Virus record (IMG/VR): IMGVR_UViG_2832249651_000002
Span: 11,383 to 75,382 of that record
DNA: 64,000 nt
Strand: one strand, 5' to 3'
DNA from: a virus
Taxonomy: Duplodnaviria; Caudoviricetes
Positions 51,322 through 59,384 of the stretch are shown one piece after another. How positions within the stretch are numbered: the first letter of the stretch is position 1; each line of letters starts with the position of its first letter. The notes below the pieces were generated by a model that searched no databases, had not been told where the DNA came from, and saw nothing but the letters and a program-made list of their open reading frames with translations. The translations under genes were made by a program, and so were the position numbers.

Positions 51322-52902
51322 TTAATCTGTTTTACTGATTCCACTAACTTTGCCCATCCAAGGTAATAGTAGGGCAGGGGACTGGAAGTCACTAAAACAG
51401 AAATACAAGGCACTTACAATATCATCATGGCCACTGTCGGTAGCATTGTGATATTGAGTTGTTCTTCCTTCTCTATCCACAGATACATAGTCTTGTAATT
51501 GCTTTTCAGTTTCAGCACTCCAAGGTATTTGACACCATTGTTGTTCTACTACTACTGCAAAATCTTCAACTAATTTAGCCTTATTATTACCTTGTTCATT
51601 TATAGGTACATTAGGTATTCCTCTTTTAGTAAGTTGTGAACCAATGGTTTCACCAAGTCCAGTTTGACCAAAGTTTACAGTAGCACCATTATATAATCTT
51701 GAATACATAGCTAATTTATCCCATTGAGCATCCCATCCAAGTCTACTCATAAGGTCAATTTTAACAACTTTTCCTTTACTATCTCTAATAACACAAGGCT
51801 TACCATCGCCCTTAGATGCAGGGTCATAGCCTATAGTATATGTTTCGAATGGGTCAACTTTTTCCCATTCAGACCAAAATTCAGCCATAGCTTCATCTGA
51901 ACGACAATCGAGTGGAGGCCTAACGAGAACTCTGTCATAGTGAGGGAATACGGAGTTAATCTCCATGATGAATTCAGCTAGATAGTCTTGCCTGTATCTA
52001 TCATTAGTCATTCCCATCTTAATCTCATCTTCAAAGGTGATAGGATTACCCATTGAATCTTCGCCAACAATAGTGTATCTTTTAGCTGCCATATGAGGGT
52101 TATCCCATGTTGAAAAATGAAATGTTTCGTAAGAAGGAGAGTAGAGAGAAGAATCTTTATCTCCCATTAAAGATAACTTATAGAAATAAGTCCGACCTCT
52201 AGGAGTACTGTTGATTAATGCGATTCCGCCTTTGCCACCTGGACCTCTACCAGGTGAGTCAAGTCTTTGTCTAAGGTTAGCCCAAACTGTATCAAGTTCT
52301 TTAACTCTAGCAGCCTCGGTTATAGTTACAATATCAAGACCAACTCCGACTAAAGTTTCAGGGTCATCAGCTGAGTGGACTTCTATGATTCCACCATTGA
52401 TAGTTTCTATAGTTAGATTAGATAGTGAGATGTCATAAACTAGTTCCTTAGGTAGTAACTTCTTTAAATCACGCCAATTTTGCCTTGCTAATCTCATATT
52501 AGGAGCAACTATCCACCAAAGTACAGGAGGATTTACATCAATGGAACGTTCCTCATTTTCCATTTCTATAAATCTCATTACACCTTCGCCAATAGATCCT
52601 AAGTCTTTTCCAAAACGGTTCCCACAGACAAGTATCTTAAATCTGGCTTCACTATCATGAATCTTCTGTTGTGCAGCATGGGGAGAGTAGGGGATAGTGA
52701 CTTTCTTAAATCCATTGGCTTTTGCCATTCGACAAGAGCCACAAGTCTTTTGATTATTGTATCTATTTTGTGAAGGAACCCAAACTCTTTCAAAATGCTT
52801 TCCACATTCTTCACATATTCCAATTCTTTCAGCAGAGGAATGCTGTATATATTTTTCATTTATACGGTCAATTCGACCAATTGAGCCACCTTTTCTAGGC
52901 AT
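51322..52902 (-). CDS. terL: Terminase large subunit
   Basis: PH.AQ, Walker A GNRFGKD, TEAA, STP, GYDPA and HDD nuclease motifs; ATG at 52902 after GGAAGGTGA. Confidence 0.92.
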   Translation of the reverse strand: MPRKGGSIGRIDRINEKYIQHSSAERIGICEECGKHFERVWVPSQNRYNNQKTCGSCRMAKANGFKKVTIPYSPHAAQQKIHDSEARFKILVCGNRFGKDLGSIGEGVMRFIEMENEERSIDVNPPVLWWIVAPNMRLARQNWRDLKKLLPKELVYDISLSNLTIETINGGIIEVHSADDPETLVGVGLDIVTITEAARVKELDTVWANLRQRLDSPGRGPGGKGGIALINSTPRGRTYFYKLSLMGDKDSSLYSPSYETFHFSTWDNPHMAAKRYTIVGEDSMGNPITFEDEIKMGMTNDRYRQDYLAEFIMEINSVFPHYDRVLVRPPLDCRSDEAMAEFWSEWEKVDPFETYTIGYDPASKGDGKPCVIRDSKGKVVKIDLMSRLGWDAQWDKLAMYSRLYNGATVNFGQTGLGETIGSQLTKRGIPNVPINEQGNNKAKLVEDFAVVVEQQWCQIPWSAETEKQLQDYVSVDREGRTTQYHNATDSGHDDIVSALYFCFSDFQSPALLLPWMGKVSGISKTD

Positions 52903-52931
52903 AATATCACCTTCCAAAGTAGGCTCAAGGC

Positions 52932-53060
52932 TCAAATATTTATTTCTATTTCTTTTTTACATTGTTTGCACCATATAAATATCTTTTTAGCTTTACTTTC
53001 TTTTTCAACCCTGCATAGTTTTTTACCACAGTGAGGGCAGAGGTACCATTCCTTAGTCAT
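52932..53060 (-). CDS. Com-like zinc-ribbon protein (42 aa, not in ORF track)
   Basis: MTKEWYLCPHCGKKL..IWCKQCKKEIEINI followed by TGAGCCTTGAGCC. Confidence 0.7.
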   Translation of the reverse strand: MTKEWYLCPHCGKKLCRVEKESKAKKIFIWCKQCKKEIEINI

Positions 53061-53061
53061 G

Positions 53062-53463
53062 TTAAGACCTCAAATCTCTTACTGGAAGCCCTGCATCTTT
53101 TAGAGAGTGCCATATATCAAGAAACATTCTTTTATAGAAGCCATTGGCATATCTGCGAGAACCATCTCCCCAATCGCTGTATCGTTCCATAAACCCTATA
53201 TCTATCGGCTCACTATTGTCAGATAAAGCGAGGTATATACAATGTACAGTTGTCTTCCCAGTACTCCTGTTTCTAGCACGACATTTTTTGCCGTCAAAAT
53301 GAGATATACAAGATTTAACGACACTTTCTTTATAAGAGAATAATAAGCAAGGGCATATATCAGGAAATGGAGTTCTATTAATTAGCCACTCTTTCTGCCA
53401 TGGATAAAGTTTCATATTTAAAACTTTTTCAATCAAAGGTATAGTTTCTTCTGTTATTTCCAT
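53062..53463 (-). CDS. Hypothetical protein with degenerate P-loop
   Basis: Start MEITEE at 53463; LYPWQ..R.TGKTT. Confidence 0.65.
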   Translation of the reverse strand: MEITEETIPLIEKVLNMKLYPWQKEWLINRTPFPDICPCLLFSYKESVVKSCISHFDGKKCRARNRSTGKTTVHCIYLALSDNSEPIDIGFMERYSDWGDGSRRYANGFYKRMFLDIWHSLKDAGLPVRDLRS

Positions 53464-53539
53464 ATAATCACCAACTTTCAAGTATAAAAATAGCCCAGTC
53501 CTCGTAAGGAACATGGGCTTGAGTAGTAATATATAATTT

Positions 53540-53615
53540 TGGCAGGCACCTAGGGAATTGAACCCTACACAGTCGGATTTGGAGTCCAACTCGCCACCTT
53601 GGAACATGGGCACCT
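53540..53615 (-). tRNA. tRNA-Trp (CCA)
   Basis: Anticodon arm TTGGA-CTCCAAA-TCCGA; T loop GGTTCAATTCC; encoded 3' CCA. Confidence 0.85.
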
Positions 53616-53620
53616 ATATT

Positions 53621-53705
53621 TGGTGAGAAGTGGGTGAGTCGAACGCCCCGAGTCTAAGACAACTGATTTACAGTCAGCACCGCTACCTCTACGGTATAAC
53701 TACCC
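53621..53705 (-). tRNA. tRNA-Tyr (GTA)
   Basis: Anticodon arm GCTGA-CTGTAAA-TCAGT; long variable arm; GTTCGACTC; 3' CCA; mismatches in acceptor and T stems. Confidence 0.8.
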
Positions 53706-53710
53706 ATAAT

Positions 53711-53735
53711 AAAACCCGTCATATTCGACGGGTTT
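53711..53735. terminator. Intrinsic terminator after the PemK-Schlafen gene
   Basis: aaacccgtc-atattc-gacgggttt. Confidence 0.65.
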
Positions 53736-53785
53736 AGAATTTAATTTCGCATAGAAAAAGAAACCTTATAAGAGTACTATAACAA

Positions 53786-54670
53786 TTATTTGTTATTTAA
53801 TGAATCTATTAGGCGTTTTTTGACTATAGTTTGCATTTCTATTATATCTAATTCTTGACTTGTGCCATCATACCTTACATAAAGTTTATTATCATTTGAC
53901 AGGTATATAATTGTTTTATCAAATGCTGCGGGTATAGAAATTTCAATTACAAAAAGATTATTATGAGTTTGATTATTTTTGATTACGGGAATAAATTCTA
54001 TAATAAAATCATCTGCTATAACTTTAGGCTTAATATCATAAATTTTACTAAATATTAGTTGGCGAATATTATCTTTTTGTTCACTACTTAATTCAATCCC
54101 TTTAATTATTCTTTTATCTGTAATACCATATAATATTCGTCCACCTTTAGAATTAAGAAATGAACATATATATTTTAGAATGGATTTTTTTATTATATCA
54201 TGATAATTATCTTCAGATCTAATTTCTTTGAATTCATAATTTATATTTTCTTCTTTTGGATATTTGCAATCATATACCAATGAGTCATTAATTTCAAAAG
54301 AATAATCTGTTGATTTTATTGATGTTGCATTTGAAGATATTACATACTTTATCCAAATATTTACTAAAGAGTCTATAATGCTTTGTGGTAGGGTACTTAT
54401 TCTATCGGTAAGTAGGTTAACATCTAGGAATATACTATCCAAGATTAATGCATAAGATTTAATAGGTAATTTGGATAGATTCTCAGGAATTTCAAAAGTA
54501 GTCTTATATTTGTTAAATCTAGAATTTGAAGTTAATGGAACACATAAAACCCTATTATAATAATTATTCATAAATTTATTTGATAAAACAATAAAGGGCC
54601 TCTTAGATTCTGGAGCTTTACTTTGATCGTTGTATTGATTCACAAAAAAGATATCACCTTGTTGTATCAT
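53786..54670 (-). CDS. PemK/MazF-family RNase fused to a Schlafen/AlbA_2 domain
   Basis: N-terminus QGDIF..KRPFIVLSN..VPLTS; C-terminus EENINYEFKE..CSFLNSKGG.I.YGITD..YVR. Confidence 0.85.
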   Translation of the reverse strand: MIQQGDIFFVNQYNDQSKAPESKRPFIVLSNKFMNNYYNRVLCVPLTSNSRFNKYKTTFEIPENLSKLPIKSYALILDSIFLDVNLLTDRISTLPQSIIDSLVNIWIKYVISSNATSIKSTDYSFEINDSLVYDCKYPKEENINYEFKEIRSEDNYHDIIKKSILKYICSFLNSKGGRILYGITDKRIIKGIELSSEQKDNIRQLIFSKIYDIKPKVIADDFIIEFIPVIKNNQTHNNLFVIEISIPAAFDKTIIYLSNDNKLYVRYDGTSQELDIIEMQTIVKKRLIDSLNNK

Positions 54671-54745
54671 AATAATACCTCATTTCTAAATAATTTTAAT
54701 ATATATTATTATACAACAAATACAGTAGTCTTGCTTAATAAAAGG

Positions 54746-55228
54746 TTATTTTGTATAATAACTCCAATTTTCCTTAACAAATCCCCTTATACCAGTACCA
54801 GGATTATACTCAGGATATAACTTTAAGAATTCAGCTTCAACATCTTCCAAAGTTTCACCTTCAATTAATCTATGCTTTACTAGATAGAGTAGGGCAAGGG
54901 AAGGGGAGCGACTAAATCCTTCGTTGCAGTGGATTAGAACTTTCAATCCTTGATTAAGTTTCTCATGAATAAAATCTAATGCCTTGTCAATCATGCCTTT
55001 GTCAAAGAATATTGACTTTGGAGCATCAACTATATTCATGTAAAGTCTATTTCCACGTTTAGCCCATAGGTATTCTGGATGGTCCTTAGGAGCACCTTTA
55101 GTAGCATAGCCCAATAATTGTCTATGGAACGGCTCTTTACATGCGTGACAAATAGCAAAGTTATTGTTCAATGCTTCAGGAACATCATATTCATTTCCAA
55201 CAAATAATCCTTTAATTACTTCTTTCAT
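54746..55228 (-). CDS. Dual-specificity (CX5R) phosphatase
   Basis: LFVG..VLIHCNEGFSRS..P...P..G. Confidence 0.85.
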   Translation of the reverse strand: MKEVIKGLFVGNEYDVPEALNNNFAICHACKEPFHRQLLGYATKGAPKDHPEYLWAKRGNRLYMNIVDAPKSIFFDKGMIDKALDFIHEKLNQGLKVLIHCNEGFSRSPSLALLYLVKHRLIEGETLEDVEAEFLKLYPEYNPGTGIRGFVKENWSYYTK

Positions 55229-55374
55229 TTACATTCCCTCCTTAATTAATTTCATATCATAGATATACCCTTTGTCATGGTTTCCAACATAAAAATAAAA
55301 GAACTCTTCAAATGAGTTCAATTCAATTATTTCAATATTGTTCCAATCAAATTCTTTGCAAAATTTAAGTTCAA

Positions 55375-55911
55375 TCATCTCAAATACTCCCTCACAAAAT
55401 AGTACAATTGATGATAGATAAATAATCCAGCATATTTTTTATCAATAAAATGTATATCAATGCTGTATCTATGACCAAAGGCAAGGAGGGAGGCTGTAAA
55501 GGACTTTTCGTTGTATTGAGTACTATATTTATGATTAATAATTTTCTCAAACCCAGCAGATTCTTCTACCATCATAATAAAGCGACTATCCTTGGCCCTT
55601 ATAAATTCACTTTCTAACCTAGTTCTATCATTTGTTAAATTTCCACTAAGTTCCTCTAAAGATCCTTTTCTTTCAATAGTGCAATCAAAGTAAGTATCTC
55701 TTATAATGCCAAGTTCAGGATTAGCAGGGAGATAGCATGAATAGTCCCCATAATCAAGTTTTCTACTGATATGGGGAACCTTCTTATCATCAAAATATTT
55801 AATTATATGTTCATTGGCATTTTCCCTAGTATCGACTACGATAGTAATGCTTTTCAACAATTCATTTAGTTCCTTTTCGGTATATCGATATTGTCTTATC
55901 ATATTTATCAC
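55375..55911 (-). CDS. ERCC4-domain nuclease
   Basis: VDTRE, GDY, IERKGSLEEL, R..EF.R. Confidence 0.88.
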   Translation of the reverse strand: MINMIRQYRYTEKELNELLKSITIVVDTRENANEHIIKYFDDKKVPHISRKLDYGDYSCYLPANPELGIIRDTYFDCTIERKGSLEELSGNLTNDRTRLESEFIRAKDSRFIMMVEESAGFEKIINHKYSTQYNEKSFTASLLAFGHRYSIDIHFIDKKYAGLFIYHQLYYFVREYLR

Positions 55912-56433
55912 CTAATCGTCATTATCTATTGAAACACCAACAGAAGTTCTTTCTCCAGAAGGAGTTTCGAATTGAGCAAATACTTTCATTTTCTTTCTTC
56001 CGCCATTTTCATCTCTAGTAATTGAATTTGCATTTTTATCACGGATATCATTTAGATTTTTAAGTGCTTCCGTAAAAAGTTTAAAGTCAAGTGGTTTTTT
56101 TATGTTATCTACAACTCCTGATAAAACATCTTTACTTAGCCCTAAATCTACAAGATTAAGCATAATATCAGTAATACTTTTTGATGTAGTTATCTTTTTA
56201 AGTTCAATCTCAAGTTTTGCTTTCTGTTGTTCGGCTTTTAGATATTGATCGCTTAATTTTGTGAGAGTTTCTGTTTTTTCTATAAGTTTGCCCTTCATAT
56301 TATTTTCATCATCTACAGATATAGTAGGGGAGGACATAAGGGGATTGAATGGAAGTAAATTTTCTTCTACAATTTCACCTTCTAAAACTTCTATATCTTC
56401 AGTTGTCTTTTTATTTTTAGACATATTTATCAC
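55912..56433 (-). CDS. Hypothetical protein (possible terminase small subunit)
   Basis: Helical; upstream of terL in the same unit. Confidence 0.55.
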   Translation of the reverse strand: MINMSKNKKTTEDIEVLEGEIVEENLLPFNPLMSSPTISVDDENNMKGKLIEKTETLTKLSDQYLKAEQQKAKLEIELKKITTSKSITDIMLNLVDLGLSKDVLSGVVDNIKKPLDFKLFTEALKNLNDIRDKNANSITRDENGGRKKMKVFAQFETPSGERTSVGVSIDNDD

Positions 56434-56922
56434 CTACTTAAAATTGGGACGACGATCCACAAATTCTTTCACGGCTACGGCTATCATATCATGGTATCCT
56501 ACCTTCATAACTGACATAGAATTTGCATTATCTACTATTGTTTTGAATTCCTCATATAGGTCCTTAGGAAAATTTCTTATGTTGACATTGACTAGATTAT
56601 CATCGGTATGCTTTTTAGGCCTACCAGGACTAATCTTTGGAACTTCGCCATTTTCTTTCCAATAATCATAATGCCTTCTAAGTATGCCATATTGATTGAC
56701 CATTCCACCTTTAATAGGTTTTTCAAAGACTTCAAATAAGTGTTCTATAGGAGTCAGTTCTTCCAGATATTTAATTCCTTCAACCTTTTTTTCACTAACA
56801 GCATTTTTAGCTCTAGTATCAGGAATTCCTTCCATTTTACATATATCAAAATAGTTATAGTAGTTTTTAGGAAGTCGCTTATTATGAATTTTTCTTGGTC
56901 TGTCCATTTTTATCAACTCCAT
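56434..56922 (-). CDS. DNA-binding protein with C-terminal ribbon-helix-helix-like motif
   Basis: GRPKK then VNIRNFPKDLY.EFK. Confidence 0.6.
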   Translation of the reverse strand: MELIKMDRPRKIHNKRLPKNYYNYFDICKMEGIPDTRAKNAVSEKKVEGIKYLEELTPIEHLFEVFEKPIKGGMVNQYGILRRHYDYWKENGEVPKISPGRPKKHTDDNLVNVNIRNFPKDLYEEFKTIVDNANSMSVMKVGYHDMIAVAVKEFVDRRPNFK

Positions 56923-56984
56923 TTTTAGACAATAAAAAAAGACCTGCCTACCGATTAAGGTAAACAGGTCTGCATGAGACGCTT

Positions 56985-57680
56985 TTATTTAATTTCTCTA
57001 TCATATTTTTCAAGCATAGGGTGGAAGTATTTTTCTTCGGCTTCTTTTCGTACTTGTGCTGCTTCTTCTAAATCGGTAAAACTCCCTAAATAATGTCTTA
57101 TTCCTTTAAAATAAATTTGGGCTACCCACTTATTTCTATTTCTATTCCACGAAACACCTTTAACACCGCTTGTATTTCTTTTTGATAATTTTGAATTAAG
57201 GAAACATAGTCCTGTTCCTTCTTTAAACTCATTAACTGAATTATGTTCAAATAGATTGGAAATATTCATTTCCGCTTTTTCCCTTTGCAAACATCCGCAA
57301 CTTTTTGTTGCACCATTTCTTAAATTCCGAGACTCTATTTCGATAGTGTTACCACACTCACACTCACATTCATATATAATATTGCCTCCGTTACCACGAC
57401 CCACTTCTTTTATTGCTGTGAGCTTGCCAAATTTCTTGCCTTCTAAATAATGACGATTCTTTCCGCCTATTTTATTGCCATTTATTCTCGCTTTTTCCTT
57501 TTGCAAACACCCGCAACTTTTTGTTGCACCATTTCTTAAGCTAGAGGAAATTACTTCGCAAGTATTCCCACAGTCACACTTGCACAGCCAAAGAATCTGT
57601 CCCCACTTATTACGCCTATTCTTTTTTAAAATTGTTAATCTTCCAAATTTCTGTCCTGTTAAATCAATTATTCTATCCAC
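56985..57680 (-). CDS. AP2-domain protein with duplicated Cys-rich repeat (homing-endonuclease related)
   Basis: Two G.KFG.LT..C.C.CGN..TKSCGC repeats; NTSGVKGVSW..WVAQI..LGSF..EEAA. Confidence 0.85.
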   Translation of the reverse strand: MDRIIDLTGQKFGRLTILKKNRRNKWGQILWLCKCDCGNTCEVISSSLRNGATKSCGCLQKEKARINGNKIGGKNRHYLEGKKFGKLTAIKEVGRGNGGNIIYECECECGNTIEIESRNLRNGATKSCGCLQREKAEMNISNLFEHNSVNEFKEGTGLCFLNSKLSKRNTSGVKGVSWNRNRNKWVAQIYFKGIRHYLGSFTDLEEAAQVRKEAEEKYFHPMLEKYDREIK

Positions 57681-57696
57681 TTTGACACTCTCCTTT

Positions 57697-57864
57697 TTAT
57701 TTTTGGTGTGCTTGTTTTTCTAATACTCCTTCTTTAAAATAAAAAACACCCTCTGTAGTAGATACATAGTGCGTTATCTCTTTACATTTAGGGCATATTT
57801 TTTTACCTTCCCCGTCAGCTTCGAGGAGCTTCTTGTTACACTTTTGACATCTAATGTCCTGCAT
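57697..57864 (-). CDS. Com-family zinc-ribbon protein (55 aa, not in ORF track)
   Basis: MQDIRCQKCNKKLLE...ICPKCK. Confidence 0.65.
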   Translation of the reverse strand: MQDIRCQKCNKKLLEADGEGKKICPKCKEITHYVSTTEGVFYFKEGVLEKQAHQK

Positions 57865-57941
57865 TTAATCACCGCCTAAGTTTTATTTTATGTATTAAAA
57901 AAGGACAGCCAATTTTGACTATCCTTGTGAATTAATTATAT

Positions 57942-58286
57942 TTAAATCTCTCTTTTTTCTTCAGTAGATTTATTTAACCACTCTTCAAAAAGAGGTGCAT
58001 TAATTTTGTTCGTATTTCCAATTTTAATTATTGGAAAATCAGGCTCACTTCTTATAAGTTCATACAACTTTCCTCTACCTACTCCATATTTTTCAGCAGT
58101 TTCATTTACCGTTAGAAGATATTTATTTTTATTTAAGACTGATTGATTAGTGGTTTCAGAAGGGATATTTTTAGAAATTAAAGTCTGTCTATTATTGAAT
58201 TTGTCTTCATTTATCATTTCAGCAAATGCTTCAACTACCAACTTTAAACCCTTAACCAATTTTTCCTCTGTATTCATCTGATACAC
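57942..58286 (-). CDS. Excisionase-like HTH DNA-binding protein
   Basis: LLTVNETAEKYGVGRGKLYELIR..FP.IKIG. Confidence 0.75.
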   Translation of the reverse strand: MYQMNTEEKLVKGLKLVVEAFAEMINEDKFNNRQTLISKNIPSETTNQSVLNKNKYLLTVNETAEKYGVGRGKLYELIRSEPDFPIIKIGNTNKINAPLFEEWLNKSTEEKREI

Positions 58287-58334
58287 CCCTTTATAAAATT
58301 TACTTAATAAAAGTATAGCATATCAGATGTGAAG

Positions 58335-58538
58335 TTACCTTATATTATTACCTAATTTAGGCATACATCTAGGCAAAGCACATTTATAACTTAGTCCAGT
58401 CCATGTACCCCAAGGGCAACCTTCGCATTTATGACCTTTGCGTTGTTCTTCTTTGATTTTGAATAGACATTTCGCTAATCTGCATTCAAAATTTCCATCT
58501 AGTTTTTCAAAATAATATTTGCATTCTTCACATTTCAT
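58335..58538 (-). CDS. Small Cys-rich protein
   Basis: CEECKY, CEGCPWG. Confidence 0.6.
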   Translation of the reverse strand: MKCEECKYYFEKLDGNFECRLAKCLFKIKEEQRKGHKCEGCPWGTWTGLSYKCALPRCMPKLGNNIR

Positions 58539-58723
58539 TTTTTATCACCTACACAAAACTTTGCAAAGTTTTCTAATTCAGGCCACGTTTTGCTTAAAAG
58601 TGTTTTTACCGTAGTAATGCAATTCTTTACAATCTCACCTAAAGTAGGCATTTCACCATTGTTTTTTTCTTCATATTCAGCTAAATAATCTAGTAGCCTT
58701 TGAGCTTTTTTTGAAAGTTTCAT
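58535..58723 (-). CDS. Small LexA-like winged-HTH protein
   Basis: LSKKAQRLLDYL.EY....G.MPTLGEI. Confidence 0.55.
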   Translation of the reverse strand: MKLSKKAQRLLDYLAEYEEKNNGEMPTLGEIVKNCITTVKTLLSKTWPELENFAKFCVGDKK

Positions 58724-59058
58724 TTTCTCACACCCTTTTGAGGATTAAAATATTGTTGCTTGTATTTATCTTTTTCAATTTTATGCTTAACTTTTTCTAT
58801 GTATTTTTTATCTAAAGAGATCCTTAGAACGGTACCACGTAAATAATCTGAATCAGGTACTATCTGCCTATCCATCATTTTTAATAGATTCTTACAGGTT
58901 CCAAGGTACTTAACATGACCATGGTTTTTATATTTCCCAAGGGTATTTATAATAATATGGCCGTCTTTGTAATCGTCTTCAATTACTATATATGGTCCAT
59001 GTGTATAAGCTAATTTGCCCATAATATCAACTCCGATTTGATATGTAAAAAAGACCAA
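58720..59058 (-). CDS. Hypothetical phage protein
   Basis: HGH motif; coupled to the next ORF; real start probably MGKLAY. Confidence 0.65.
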   Translation of the reverse strand: MVFFTYQIGVDIMGKLAYTHGPYIVIEDDYKDGHIIINTLGKYKNHGHVKYLGTCKNLLKMMDRQIVPDSDYLRGTVLRISLDKKYIEKVKHKIEKDKYKQQYFNPQKGVRK

Positions 59059-59075
59059 GAATTAGTCCTGGTCTT
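59047..59075 (-). terminator. Intrinsic terminator
   Basis: aagaccagga/tcttggtctt followed by T run on the - strand. Confidence 0.7.
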
Positions 59076-59113
59076 AATGTATTGTGTATAGGTAGAACTA
59101 TCTGCACGTTCAC

Positions 59114-59240
59114 TTATTGGCACCTTAGGTATTTAGGATTATATATCCTCACCGACGGTATAAACTTTTCATTAGCCACCTATTATAATTTATATGAAGT
59201 TTTTAGCTAATCATAACTAAGGCACTCCATGAGCCGATAA
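59114..59240 (-). ncRNA. Candidate structured ncRNA downstream of tRNA-Ser
   Basis: gtgccttag/ctaaggtgc closing stem enclosing attagcta/tggctaat, tacc/ggtg and aggat/atcct stems; no ORF. Confidence 0.4.
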
Positions 59241-59286
59241 AAGGGTAGGAGGGAAATACAAATGACAGCATTAAAAATAATGCCAA

Positions 59287-59378
59287 TGGCGGAGAAGGAG
59301 AGATTTGAACTCTCGTATCTCATAAGAGATATCTTCCTTAGCAGGGAAGTACCATCAGCCTAGCTCGGTCACTTCTCC
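59287..59378 (-). tRNA. tRNA-Ser (GCT)
   Basis: GGAGAAG/CTTCTCC acceptor stem; CTTCC-CTGCTAA-GGAAG; long variable arm; GTTCAAATC; 3' CCA. Confidence 0.9.
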
Positions 59379-59384
59379 ATGTTT

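Noticed and set aside
53464-53613. 5' extension of ORF 53062..53613
   Set aside because: Overlaps tRNA-Trp and a terminator; the real start is the ATG at 53463 with its own RBS
57942-58286. Integration/excision module
   Set aside because: Only an excisionase-like HTH; no integrase or att duplication is visible in the window
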